This document shows positions 31,015 through 40,406 of a stretch of DNA of 64,000 nucleotides, piece by piece. How positions within the stretch are numbered: the stretch's first letter is position 1; each line of letters begins with the position of its first letter. A program made the position numbers and the translations under genes. The notes under the pieces were generated by a model that was given only the letters and a program-made list of their open reading frames with translations, did not search any database and had not been told where the DNA came from. The stretch comes from an uncultured archaeon (lineage in GTDB: Archaea; Thermoproteota; EX4484-205; JAAOZP01): positions 64,519 to 128,518 of the forward strand of contig CALIBN010000017.1 of the NCBI GenBank assembly GCA_938045545.1, in the 5' to 3' direction.

Positions 31015-31401
31015 CTACTTGCTGAAAACCTTTGAGCAGATTCTGCATTTAACAATATCCATCGTAGGGTTTATCTTTTTATGAGTCCCGCAGAAATATT
31101 TCTTCGACATGAAGTAGGTTGCTATCTCGGCAATTTCTTCTTGAACCCTGTATTCGTCCATTTCTCCCTGAATAATGTTTTCAGCCAATTTCTCGACTAG
31201 ATTCATCACGTCTTCAAGCCCAGCTATTTTTATGAGCACTCCTCTCTCAGAGTTTAAGTATCTTGAGACCGCTGAACGCGACAATCCTAGAAGTTCTGCA
31301 GCTTCCCTCCTAAGCATTCCTTTCTCAACTAGTTTGCCAGCTAGGGCACGTCTTACTGATGGCACGACGTATCTGTACGTTAACTCGAACACGTCCTCCA
31401 C
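31015..31401 (-). CDS. HTH transcriptional regulator with a C-terminal Cys/His metal motif
   Basis: VVPSVRRALA, AAELLGLSRSAVSRYL..RG and C..H...C..C; GTG start. Confidence 0.8.
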   Translation of the reverse strand: MEDVFELTYRYVVPSVRRALAGKLVEKGMLRREAAELLGLSRSAVSRYLNSERGVLIKIAGLEDVMNLVEKLAENIIQGEMDEYRVQEEIAEIATYFMSKKYFCGTHKKINPTMDIVKCRICSKVFSK

Positions 31402-31405
31402 TTTT

Positions 31406-32734
31406 TCAGAGCACCATTATCTTCCTCTTCACTTCATCAGGGTTGTCCACGACTTCTGTTAAATCCTCAACTATCTCGATGGAGCCGAGGTAGTCTCGGT
31501 TCTCGTTCCTCACGGGAACTACCAGCACCCTTATTATCCTGCCGCCGCTCCTAGTCCAATACTCCCTACACTCGGCAACCCCAAGCTTCACGTCGTCGAT
31601 ATTCTTCCTAACGATGCTTTCAAGCCTAGGGGGATGGCAGTACTCGACTCTTCTCCCTATTATTGTTTTGGCTCTAGCGAAACCCTTATGCAGTATGCTT
31701 TCGGTGAAGAACTTTATCCTGTCGTTCTTATCGGCGAAAGTTACTTCAAGCGGCAGGGATTTGAATATGGCTTTAATCTCTTCAACGTTCAGGAAGCCGG
31801 TATTCAGATCAATATCTTCTATGCCCGGCACCTTGTAAACATCAGGCTCAATACCGTTGAAAGTCACCATCGACTGGAACTCTGGGGGAAGCCTATCCAT
31901 CTGCTCACTGGTGATTTTAGCCTCCAATTCGTAGGGTAGTATTGGCTTCGCGTCAGTCCTCCACTCTTCTTCAACGCCAACTATGTAACCCAGGTCCTTG
32001 GAGATTTCTGCAATAGCAGCCCATTCTCCTTCGCTGAGCAAGGCGTACGCCGCTGGGAAGAGGATCTTGTTCTCTCTGAATACAAGCTCTGAGGCCTCTC
32101 TAGCTATTTCAACAGCCTTTTTCACAGCCTGGTTAACCAGTTGAGGGTTGAAAGCTTCCTCTGACTTCTGCATGACCTCTGATAACTGTCTCAGCTTAAC
32201 CCTAAGCTGGTCCTCTCTTCCCCATAAAACCCTTGGAACAGCAGAGATTCCACGCTTCTCCAGATAGGGGAACAAGAGCATCTGTATCTTACGATAGTGT
32301 AGTCCAATTTTAAGCAGCTCTGAGACGGCAGCCTTAAGTCTAGTAAAAACTTCTTTAGACTGTTTTTCATTCTCAACTTTAAGCAGGATTGAAGCGTAGA
32401 GTTCGATTGTTTCCGACTGCTTAAGTATCCAGTCGTTCTCCTTCATGAGTGCGTCTAAAGGATGGCCTTTAGGGACTCCTTCAAGCTCCCTTGGTTGAAG
32501 ATGCTTTCTGAAAAGAGCCACGTGTAAATCGCATAGTTTCAATATCTCTTCTACAGATACTCCTTCTTTGACAAGCTGTTGTTCTATTAACGGTATTTCC
32601 GTTGGAGAAACACGTGAAAGAATGCTTCCGAATCTTCTACTGATCTCTTCAATATCTCCTCCGCGATGAAGCTCCTTCAGGATTTCCCTGACTGCTCTAG
32701 TCGTTTCCTCTCGATCACGTTTTTCAGTTGACAT
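31406..32734 (-). CDS. DUF438 / hemerythrin-like / PAS domain protein
   Basis: EQQLVKEG...CDLHVALF, GHPL...ENDWI, HY, ENKILFP and C-terminal PAS IGRRVEYCHPP. Confidence 0.85.
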   Translation of the reverse strand: MSTEKRDREETTRAVREILKELHRGGDIEEISRRFGSILSRVSPTEIPLIEQQLVKEGVSVEEILKLCDLHVALFRKHLQPRELEGVPKGHPLDALMKENDWILKQSETIELYASILLKVENEKQSKEVFTRLKAAVSELLKIGLHYRKIQMLLFPYLEKRGISAVPRVLWGREDQLRVKLRQLSEVMQKSEEAFNPQLVNQAVKKAVEIAREASELVFRENKILFPAAYALLSEGEWAAIAEISKDLGYIVGVEEEWRTDAKPILPYELEAKITSEQMDRLPPEFQSMVTFNGIEPDVYKVPGIEDIDLNTGFLNVEEIKAIFKSLPLEVTFADKNDRIKFFTESILHKGFARAKTIIGRRVEYCHPPRLESIVRKNIDDVKLGVAECREYWTRSGGRIIRVLVVPVRNENRDYLGSIEIVEDLTEVVDNPDEVKRKIMVL

Positions 32735-33108
32735 GCGTCAACAAGAATATTTCCACTTTTAAGCATTTCCCGAAAAACGATAAGTTTACATGGAAAACCG
32801 CAAAATGGTTATGGTTCAGAGTTGTCGCAGTTCACGCTGGTTGGATGCCGTCCTCAAACTGGGGGCAGGCCACCGTTCATACCCTCTTAGGCATGAGCTT
32901 GTAGTGTTCAACACGATTAGGGCTCGAGATGGTTGTAAACTGTTGTTTCAGTCTTTACCTTTTCAACAAGTCATCCACGGGTACTATTAGTATGCGGTTT
33001 CTCTTGAAACTAGTTATCACGTTAAACGACTTGTCTAAAATTGACGCTGACTCTTGGTTCCGGGGCATAAAACATTTAAACGCTGAAAATATTTCTTAGG
33101 CCTGATAA

Positions 33109-35514
33109 ATGAGCATAAAAAAAGAGCCCAAGATAAGGGAGAAAAGATGGTCTCCGGAGCTTGAAGAGGAGCTCTTAAAACTCTGGGATAAGGAGGGTCT
33201 TTACAGGTTCGACCCGGGTAAACCGGGAGAGATATACACGATAGACACTCCTCCTCCCTATATCTCCGGCAAGTGGCACGTGGGCAGTGCTGCTCACTAC
33301 GCCGGCATAGACATGGTCGCTAGGTATAAGCGGCTCCTAGGCTACAACGTGCATTTTCCAATCGGCTGGGATAGGAATGGTCTACCTGTTGAGGTAATAG
33401 TTGAGAGGCAGTTCAACATCAGGGTTAAGGATGTCGACAGAGAGTACTTCATCAATCTTTGCAAGCAGGTCTTGGACAGGGTTGAAGCTGAAGTTATAAA
33501 CCAGGCTAGGAGGCTTGGGCTCAGCTGCGACTTTGAAAACATGTATAGGACTGACTCCCCAGAGTACAGGAGCCTGACGCAGGAGACCTTCATAGAGCTT
33601 TGGAGACGCGGCTTAATATATGAGGCTGAGAGGCCTACGAACTGGTGTCCAAGGTGCGGCACAGCTATTGCGGATGCCGAGGTTGAGTATGTTGAAACCA
33701 CGTCTAGGCTTTTCTACATTATCTTCAAGGTTAAGGAGACGGGTGAAGACGTTCAAATAGCCACGACTAGGCCGGAGCTCCTGGCTGGCTGCGACGCCGT
33801 TATATTCAACCCGACGGACGCGCGTTACGCTAGGCTTGAAGGGAGAAAGCTGGTAGTTCCGATCTACGGTAAGGAGGTTAGGGTTTTTGCAAACAGCTAC
33901 GCTAAGCCGGATTTCGGCACTGGATTGGTGATGATATGCAGCTACGGGGATACTTCCGACATAAGGCTGTTCAGGGAGCTTGACTTAAGGCCGACTAAGG
34001 TGATAGATGAGAACGCTACCCTGACGGAGGAAGCCGGCTTCCTCAAAGGGTTGAGTGTTGAGGAAGCTAGAAGGAGGATTGTGGAAGAGCTTTCTAACAG
34101 GGGCTTGCTCGTTAAAGCTGAAGAGATTTTGCAGAGAGTACCTGTTTGCTGGAGGTGTCGTACACGCTTAGAGTTCGTCGAGATGAGTGAGCTTTACCTT
34201 AAGCAGGAGGATTTTATCGACAAGGTTAGGGAAGCCTCCAGCAGGATGGTTTTCCACCCTGAGTCCATGAGGCAGATACTTATCGACTGGATAAACAGCG
34301 TAAAAGGGGACTGGCCTATTTCCCGAAGGAGATACTATGCTACTGAGGTTCCATTATGGTATTGCAGCAAGTGCGGCGAGCCTTATGCTCCAAAGCCTGG
34401 GAAATACTACCGGCCTTGGAGGGATTCTCCGGGTGAAAATGCTAAATGCGGTAAATGCGGCGGAACCGACTTCAAAGGTGACGGGAGGGTTCTAGACACA
34501 TGGATGGATTCAAGCATTTCCCAGCTCTTCGTGACGGGTTATAGGAGGGATGAGGATCTTTTCAAAAGATCCTGGATATGTTCCCTGAGGCCCCAGGGCT
34601 ACGAGATAATAAGGACTTGGCTTTACTACTCCATTCTCAGAACCATCCAGATTCTTGACACACCTCCATTCAAGGAGGTGAGGATCAGCGGACTTGGGCT
34701 GGATGAAAAGGGTGAGGCGATGCACAAGTCTAAGGGGAACCTTGTTTTCCCCGACGAGTATCTTGAGAAGTATGGGGCTGACGCCTTCAGGTTTTGGGCC
34801 GCCTCAGAAGCTAGGCTCGGCTCGAACTATCGCTTCTCCGAGGAAAGGCTTAAGGGAGCCAAGCTTTTTCTGACTAAGCTGTGGAACATAGGGCGTTTCA
34901 TATCTTCTTTCGAATACTTAGATAGTAAGCCTAGGGAACTGTGTTTCCTAGACCGGCTTGCGTTAAGCGAGCTTAAAAGGGTTTTTGAAGAGGCCAAGAA
35001 GGATTATGATTCCCTGGACTTCTATGGTCCATCAAACCTCTTGAGGAACTATGTGTGGAACTTTTTCGCAGACCATTACTTGGAGGCTGTTAAGCCAAGA
35101 GCCTACCTGCAGGGAACCAGGGAGGAGGCTGAGTCAGCCTGGTATGCTCTCCACAGGGTTCTAAGAGCCTGTCTAATAGGCCTATCGCCCATCATACCAT
35201 TCATAACAGACTACTTGTTCCGAAACATTTATGGAGAGCCAGTTATCTGCCAGTCTTTCCCAGTGCTGGAGGACGTGGAGCCTGTTGAAAGCGAGGTCGC
35301 GACGCTCTTTATGAATGTTAACTCGGCTATCTGGAAGTTTAAGAAAAAGCTAGGAGTCTCTCTGAACGAGGAAATCGGCTACAGGGTTTACGTTTCAGAG
35401 AGGCTGAAGCCTCTGGAGCAGGATTTAGCAAGGATGCACAGGGTTAAGGTGTCGTTCAGTTCTCCGGGTGAAGGCTTTGAAGAGGTTGACGGGGTTTTCT
35501 TCGAAAAACTCTAG
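33109..35514 (+). CDS. valS: Valyl-tRNA synthetase (archaeal type)
   Basis: IDTPPPY, HVGS, GWDRNGLP, ATTRPE, WPISR, LDTWMDSS, QGYEIIRTW and AMHKS motifs. Confidence 0.92.
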   Translation: MSIKKEPKIREKRWSPELEEELLKLWDKEGLYRFDPGKPGEIYTIDTPPPYISGKWHVGSAAHYAGIDMVARYKRLLGYNVHFPIGWDRNGLPVEVIVERQFNIRVKDVDREYFINLCKQVLDRVEAEVINQARRLGLSCDFENMYRTDSPEYRSLTQETFIELWRRGLIYEAERPTNWCPRCGTAIADAEVEYVETTSRLFYIIFKVKETGEDVQIATTRPELLAGCDAVIFNPTDARYARLEGRKLVVPIYGKEVRVFANSYAKPDFGTGLVMICSYGDTSDIRLFRELDLRPTKVIDENATLTEEAGFLKGLSVEEARRRIVEELSNRGLLVKAEEILQRVPVCWRCRTRLEFVEMSELYLKQEDFIDKVREASSRMVFHPESMRQILIDWINSVKGDWPISRRRYYATEVPLWYCSKCGEPYAPKPGKYYRPWRDSPGENAKCGKCGGTDFKGDGRVLDTWMDSSISQLFVTGYRRDEDLFKRSWICSLRPQGYEIIRTWLYYSILRTIQILDTPPFKEVRISGLGLDEKGEAMHKSKGNLVFPDEYLEKYGADAFRFWAASEARLGSNYRFSEERLKGAKLFLTKLWNIGRFISSFEYLDSKPRELCFLDRLALSELKRVFEEAKKDYDSLDFYGPSNLLRNYVWNFFADHYLEAVKPRAYLQGTREEAESAWYALHRVLRACLIGLSPIIPFITDYLFRNIYGEPVICQSFPVLEDVEPVESEVATLFMNVNSAIWKFKKKLGVSLNEEIGYRVYVSERLKPLEQDLARMHRVKVSFSSPGEGFEEVDGVFFEKL

Positions 35515-36287
35515 GGGGCAGTCATCCTTCTAATCGTGTCCACGTAGCTGCTCAACTCCTCCATGCTACACGCCTCTTTAAGCTGGAGTGAAACATATCC
35601 GTCGTAAGCCTTTGTCCTCAGTATTCTAATCACTTTTTCAAGGATGCTTTTCTCAAGGTTTTTCAAACAGGCTTCGCTTACCGTTACATGGTTCACCAGC
35701 GGAACAAGTTTCTCAAGCATCTTCTCGTCGAGCCTGCTAAAGCTCTCCGAGTCGAGTGTCAACCCTATTGTCTCCGACCCTATGTCTTCAATCATGGCTG
35801 CCAGCCTGTCCATGTCGGAGAAAGCAGCCTTATCGGTGCTTATACTGATCTCAACGTTATTCTTCTCAGCTGAGGAAAGAATATTAAGAAGGTTCCTATA
35901 GAGGAGTTTAAAATCTTTTTCACAATATGTTTCTCTGTCAACGGGCGTGGCCCTTAGCCTTAACACTTTGCAGCCGTTTTCCCCACAGAACTTTATCCAG
36001 TTTTTAACATCATTCAAATATTTCTCGTTGCTCTTAACGTCCCCGCCAAGCAGGTTCAGCCTAAGGTTTAGGACTGCGACATTGCCACCATTATTCCTTA
36101 TCTCGTTGAAGAATTGTAGAACCTGCTCCCTGCCTCCGGAATTCGGCTCGTCGAGCTCAAGGTTTCTAATACCTTTCTCGAAGCACTTAGCCAGGGCCTG
36201 TTCGAAGCCTATTCCTTCTCTGGACGCCAGGTGGCTGATGCTCAAAGTATTAATGCAAATGTTCAATTGGTTTTCCACACCTAACAA
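35511..36287 (-). CDS. Sugar-phosphate isomerase/epimerase-like (AP endonuclease 2) TIM barrel with degenerate metal ligands
   Basis: Overall pattern (G...LEL; GCKVLR; IGLTLD; YDGYVSL) fits the fold, but the canonical E, D-x-x-H/N and H-x-K-D ligands are replaced. Confidence 0.6.
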   Translation of the reverse strand: MLGVENQLNICINTLSISHLASREGIGFEQALAKCFEKGIRNLELDEPNSGGREQVLQFFNEIRNNGGNVAVLNLRLNLLGGDVKSNEKYLNDVKNWIKFCGENGCKVLRLRATPVDRETYCEKDFKLLYRNLLNILSSAEKNNVEISISTDKAAFSDMDRLAAMIEDIGSETIGLTLDSESFSRLDEKMLEKLVPLVNHVTVSEACLKNLEKSILEKVIRILRTKAYDGYVSLQLKEACSMEELSSYVDTIRRMTAP

Positions 36288-36505
36288 GTCTCAACACGAT
36301 TTTTTAACATTCTTCTCCCCGTGACTGTGAACTGTACTTTTTACTGAAAAGCTTCTCTACATGTCTGCTAATGCCACTCGTCTCCGGAAGCAGATTATCC
36401 GTATACGCTCCGCCTGCCATGTTTTCGAGACGGGAAAACCTATTAGCCACTCTTATTTTAAGCTTTCCTCCATCAAGGATGCCTCCGTTAAAAAGGGGAA
36501 TAATG

Positions 36506-37918
36506 CTAAAGTATATAGATTATCGTGCCCTCCTTAGAGTCTTCAACGAGTATTCCAATCTTTCTAAGCTCGTCTCGAATCATGTCGGCAAGCCCGTAGT
36601 CTCCTGAAGCCCTAGCCTCCTCCCTAAGCTTAACCAGTATTTCTGCCAGCCTTCTCTCCCTCTGAGTAGCTCTTTCGACACCCTCTTGGAAGAACCCTAG
36701 CATCCTCCAAAGCTTGGAAAACCTGTGCAGGAGACTTTTCGAAACTGTGTTCCTGTTTAAATCCTCCAGAATCCTGTTGGCAGCATCCATGAGCGTCGCA
36801 ATAGCACGAGGCGTGTTGAAATCGTCGCATAAATGGTTTAAAACCTCGGTTTCAAGCTCATCGGCCTCCCTGCTCTCCCCATCCTCGCCTTCGCCCAGCC
36901 TTACCAGGATTCTCCTAACCCTGTCAAGCCCTTTCTTAGCAGCCTCAAGCGACTGCTCACTGTAGTCCAACGGGCTCCGGTAATGCGTTGAAAGAATGTA
37001 GAACCTAAGAGTATCCGCGTCAAACCTGTTTAAAACCTCTCTGACAGTCACATAGTTTTTGAGGCTCTTCGACATTTTCTCGCCTCCAACGTTTAAAAGC
37101 CCATGGTGCATCCATATCTGCACAAACCTCTTCCCTGTTAACGCCTCGGATTGTGCCCTCTCATTCTCATGGTGAGGAAAAACCAGCTCAGTCCCGCCTG
37201 CATGTATGTCGAGAGTCTCGCCTAGATACTTCATAGCCATCACGCTGCACTCGATATGCCAGCCTGGTCTACCATTTCCCCACGGGCTCTCCCAGGAAGC
37301 CTCCCCCGGTTTTGCTGCCTTCCAAAGCGCGAAGTCAAGCGGGTCCCTCTTATTCTCCCCCGGCTCAATCCTGGCGCCAGCAAGGATCTTATCTAGGGAT
37401 TGGCTTGAGAGCTCTCCGTAGCCCTGGTACTTTCTTACAGAGAAATACACGTCACCATGGGACTCGTAAGCATACCCTTTCTCCACCAGTTTTTTAACGA
37501 ATGCTATTATGTCTGGGATGTGATCGGTCACCCTAGGGTTGAAGGTAGGAGGCCTTATCCCAAGCCTCAGAGTGTCGATGAAATATTCAACCGTGTATTG
37601 AAGTGAAACCTCGCTCGCAGGCCTGCACTCCTCAACAGCCCTATTTATTATCTTGTCGTCAACATCAGTGATATTCCTTACGAAGATAACCCTGTAGCCC
37701 AGGTACTCCAGAAACCTTCTAAACGAGTCGTAGATTATTTCCGACCGGGCGTGACCCAGATGGGCTACATCGTAGACCGTGGGGCCGCACACGTACATTC
37801 TGACCTCCCCGAGATGCATTGGAACCAGTTTCTCAATCCTCTTAGTCAAAGTGTTGTAGATGAAGACGTCCCTAAGATTTTCCCCACGCCTGTTCATGGT
37901 CATTACTTTCGACCTCAC
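36506..37918 (-). CDS. cysS: Cysteinyl-tRNA synthetase
   Basis: MYVCGPTVYD, HLGH, DFALWK, GRPGWHIECS, FPHHENE and KMSKS motifs. Confidence 0.96.
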   Translation of the reverse strand: MRSKVMTMNRRGENLRDVFIYNTLTKRIEKLVPMHLGEVRMYVCGPTVYDVAHLGHARSEIIYDSFRRFLEYLGYRVIFVRNITDVDDKIINRAVEECRPASEVSLQYTVEYFIDTLRLGIRPPTFNPRVTDHIPDIIAFVKKLVEKGYAYESHGDVYFSVRKYQGYGELSSQSLDKILAGARIEPGENKRDPLDFALWKAAKPGEASWESPWGNGRPGWHIECSVMAMKYLGETLDIHAGGTELVFPHHENERAQSEALTGKRFVQIWMHHGLLNVGGEKMSKSLKNYVTVREVLNRFDADTLRFYILSTHYRSPLDYSEQSLEAAKKGLDRVRRILVRLGEGEDGESREADELETEVLNHLCDDFNTPRAIATLMDAANRILEDLNRNTVSKSLLHRFSKLWRMLGFFQEGVERATQRERRLAEILVKLREEARASGDYGLADMIRDELRKIGILVEDSKEGTIIYIL

Positions 37919-37920
37919 GA

Positions 37921-39210
37921 TTACTCTTTTAAGTATTCTGTAATTCTCCTCCTTTCCCTAATGTTCCTCAGAAGCCTGCTTTCTCTCAAGACCATTCTCC
38001 AAGGCGTCTTAAGCCTTTTAGCTGCATACGTTATTGCTGCTTCGAGTGTTCCGAAGCGCACGGGCTTGCCTGCAAGGGCCTTTCTAACGTTTTCTCTTAC
38101 AAGCCAGACTCCTGCCGGCAGCAGGTATCCTGGGCCTGCTTCTCTGAGCACTAACACAGCTCCCTGCCTTCTAATCCTGTTGAGATGCTCGACGACCGCA
38201 AGCCTAGCGGCATAATAGCAGCCGCCTATTCTCGCATAGGTTGTCCTCCCCTCGGTATCCTCATAGTCTGAGCCTATTGCAACATCTTCCCCTCCGCCTA
38301 TGTTCCAGACTGAGCCGGGGTGAAACATCTCTATGAACTCGTATGACCATTTTCCCGGGATTATGATCACTATAAACTTATTGTCGATATGCTGAGACTC
38401 GTAAACCACGTGTTCACCCGCCTCAGGGTACTCTTTGATTTTCTCCATGAGCCTCTCCGCCAGAATACTGTCCACAGCCGTTATGCTCCATCTGGTGGGC
38501 ACAAGCCGTCTGCGCTTACTTACTCCAAAAACGGCTGCACTCAGCGCCTTCTGAATAGAGGAAACAGGGATGCCTGCTGAGTAGGCGTAGTATACTGCTT
38601 CAGAAGCCTTAAGGTCCGCGTCGTAATACGCTTTTTCAATCACACGGTTAACCTTTATGCTTCCTGCTTCAATCTTCTCAACGGGCCCATATGGGCCGAA
38701 GGGCTGAGCATCCTCGTCGAGAATTACTCTAGCCTTAACCGGCTTAGAAAACTCTAAGGATGCGTCTGCAGGCTGGCTTGCCATCGCCATCTCCTGCGTT
38801 AGCTCGAAAAGCCTTCCGGCTTCCCAAGGATTATGAACGTCAACCCTGAAGATGCCTCTCACGAGGCTCGACCTATACTCTACAAGCCTATCCAGGTTTA
38901 TGCTCCACCATGATTCAGGCCGGTCGAGGATACTCGTGTCTCCGAAGAAAGGTGGAACTAGGGGTCCAACGCTAACCTTCGGGTAGCCTATTCTCCCCAC
39001 AAAGACTCCAGGCGGGGAAGCGCCGTCCATCGCCATCCTTTCTTCAAGCCTCAGGCTCACCACGGGTTGAAGCTTGCTGTAGCGGAGCAGTATGGGGCAC
39101 TGTCTCTTTCCACAGAGTGCTCTTGACCCTAAGCAGTATATGCACTGGCTTCCGCTGGGCGCGTGGACCTCTACTCCGCCGGAGGAAGACCAGGGGAGTG
39201 AGGATTGCAT
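37921..39210 (-). CDS. nreA: Nre family DNA repair protein
   Basis: CxxCxG...CG...CP, SPPGVFVGRIGYPKV, LVPTRWSITAVD and GGCYYAARL; PIP-like C-terminus RRITEYL. Confidence 0.9.
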   Translation of the reverse strand: MQSSLPWSSSGGVEVHAPSGSQCIYCLGSRALCGKRQCPILLRYSKLQPVVSLRLEERMAMDGASPPGVFVGRIGYPKVSVGPLVPPFFGDTSILDRPESWWSINLDRLVEYRSSLVRGIFRVDVHNPWEAGRLFELTQEMAMASQPADASLEFSKPVKARVILDEDAQPFGPYGPVEKIEAGSIKVNRVIEKAYYDADLKASEAVYYAYSAGIPVSSIQKALSAAVFGVSKRRRLVPTRWSITAVDSILAERLMEKIKEYPEAGEHVVYESQHIDNKFIVIIIPGKWSYEFIEMFHPGSVWNIGGGEDVAIGSDYEDTEGRTTYARIGGCYYAARLAVVEHLNRIRRQGAVLVLREAGPGYLLPAGVWLVRENVRKALAGKPVRFGTLEAAITYAAKRLKTPWRMVLRESRLLRNIRERRRITEYLKE

Positions 39211-39213
39211 TTC

Positions 39214-39615
39214 TTATTCAACCGGTATTCTTCTTCCACGCTTCCTCTTAGTCAAAATCACTTCGAGAATGCCGTTGTAGTATCTCGCCTTAGCAGGCTC
39301 CTCTTCAACCTTCGTCGGAAGAGGTATTCTAACGCTGTAATACAAGGGGGTTTCCTTGAAGAGTCTTCTCGCTGATGGCGTTTCCTTCCTACACAACCCT
39401 TCGACTACAAGAGAGTCCTCGTACAGCGTCAGCTTAATATCATCCTTCTCCACTCCAGGCAGGTCTACGCTGATCCTTATCTCGTTCTCGCTTTCAATAA
39501 TGTTGTACAACGGCTCCACACACCCCATGCGCCTAGCCCTACGCCTTCCAAGGCTCTCGTCGAACATTCCCCGCATCTCCTCGAAAATTTTTTCAAAATC
39601 CTCCATGCCATTCAC
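39214..39615 (-). CDS. Small heat shock protein Hsp20
   Basis: EPL...VDLPGVEKDDI...AKARYYNGILEV alpha-crystallin motifs. Confidence 0.9.
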   Translation of the reverse strand: MNGMEDFEKIFEEMRGMFDESLGRRRARRMGCVEPLYNIIESENEIRISVDLPGVEKDDIKLTLYEDSLVVEGLCRKETPSARRLFKETPLYYSVRIPLPTKVEEEPAKARYYNGILEVILTKRKRGRRIPVE

Positions 39616-39618
39616 CCC

Positions 39619-40368
39619 CTAGACAAGGCTCTGCTCAGCCATCGGCGGCAGGCTTCTCATCCTCCTTATCTCGTCGTCAGTCCTCCTCATGAGCTCCCTG
39701 TACTGCATCCTGATTTCCTCTGCGGAAGCTATTAGGGAATCCACCTCCACCTTCTCCAAGCCTATTTGCGGCAGCAGTGTTAAAACCTTTGCTGCTGAGC
39801 CAGGGTCGGGATAGTTCAAGTAGGATTGGACGAAAAGCCCGAGCCCAGTTATCCCAAGCCTTTCAAGCCTCCTGAGGATAAGTGCTTTCGGGCCGAAAAG
39901 CAGGCCGTCCTTCAAAATCTCCACGTTCTTCATCCTTGAAACAATCGTTAAGGCTTCTTCGCTGGTCGGCACCGCGTAAACCTTAGGATCAGTAATGTCT
40001 ATCCTGTAGGGGTGCGGTATTCCGCCGAGGCTTAGGAAGAGCCTCGGGTTCTTGCTCTTAACCCAGTCCACTATCTGTCCAACTATGTCGTATACTCCCT
40101 CTTGGGGTATTGGCAGCTCAGACCTTAAAATGTAAACATTATCCTTATAGTATATTTCAAACACGTCCATGATCCTCCCGTTTCTCATTATCAGCATCGG
40201 GGGGAAGTCGTCCGTTTCAAGATACCCTGTTTTCTCAAAACCCAGTTTCATAAGATAGTGGCTGAGCGATATTGTTCCAACAAGACCGGTGTCCGGAAGG
40301 CCTTCGAGTATCAACGGCCTGTCGAAAACCGTTTTAACCTCTTCAATAATCATGCTTCTCCCAACCAT
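39619..40368 (-). CDS. Proteasome assembly chaperone (PAC2) family protein
   Basis: LILEGLPDTGLVGTI, SLGG and YPDPGSAA motifs. Confidence 0.85.
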   Translation of the reverse strand: MVGRSMIIEEVKTVFDRPLILEGLPDTGLVGTISLSHYLMKLGFEKTGYLETDDFPPMLIMRNGRIMDVFEIYYKDNVYILRSELPIPQEGVYDIVGQIVDWVKSKNPRLFLSLGGIPHPYRIDITDPKVYAVPTSEEALTIVSRMKNVEILKDGLLFGPKALILRRLERLGITGLGLFVQSYLNYPDPGSAAKVLTLLPQIGLEKVEVDSLIASAEEIRMQYRELMRRTDDEIRRMRSLPPMAEQSLV

Positions 40369-40406
40369 CTCGTTGAGACATATTTCAGTCGGGTGGATAA
40401 AAAGCT

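Noticed and set aside
32790-32990. 66-aa ORF between the DUF438 gene and valS
   Set aside because: No motif and no clear translation signal; likely spurious or unrecognisable debris.
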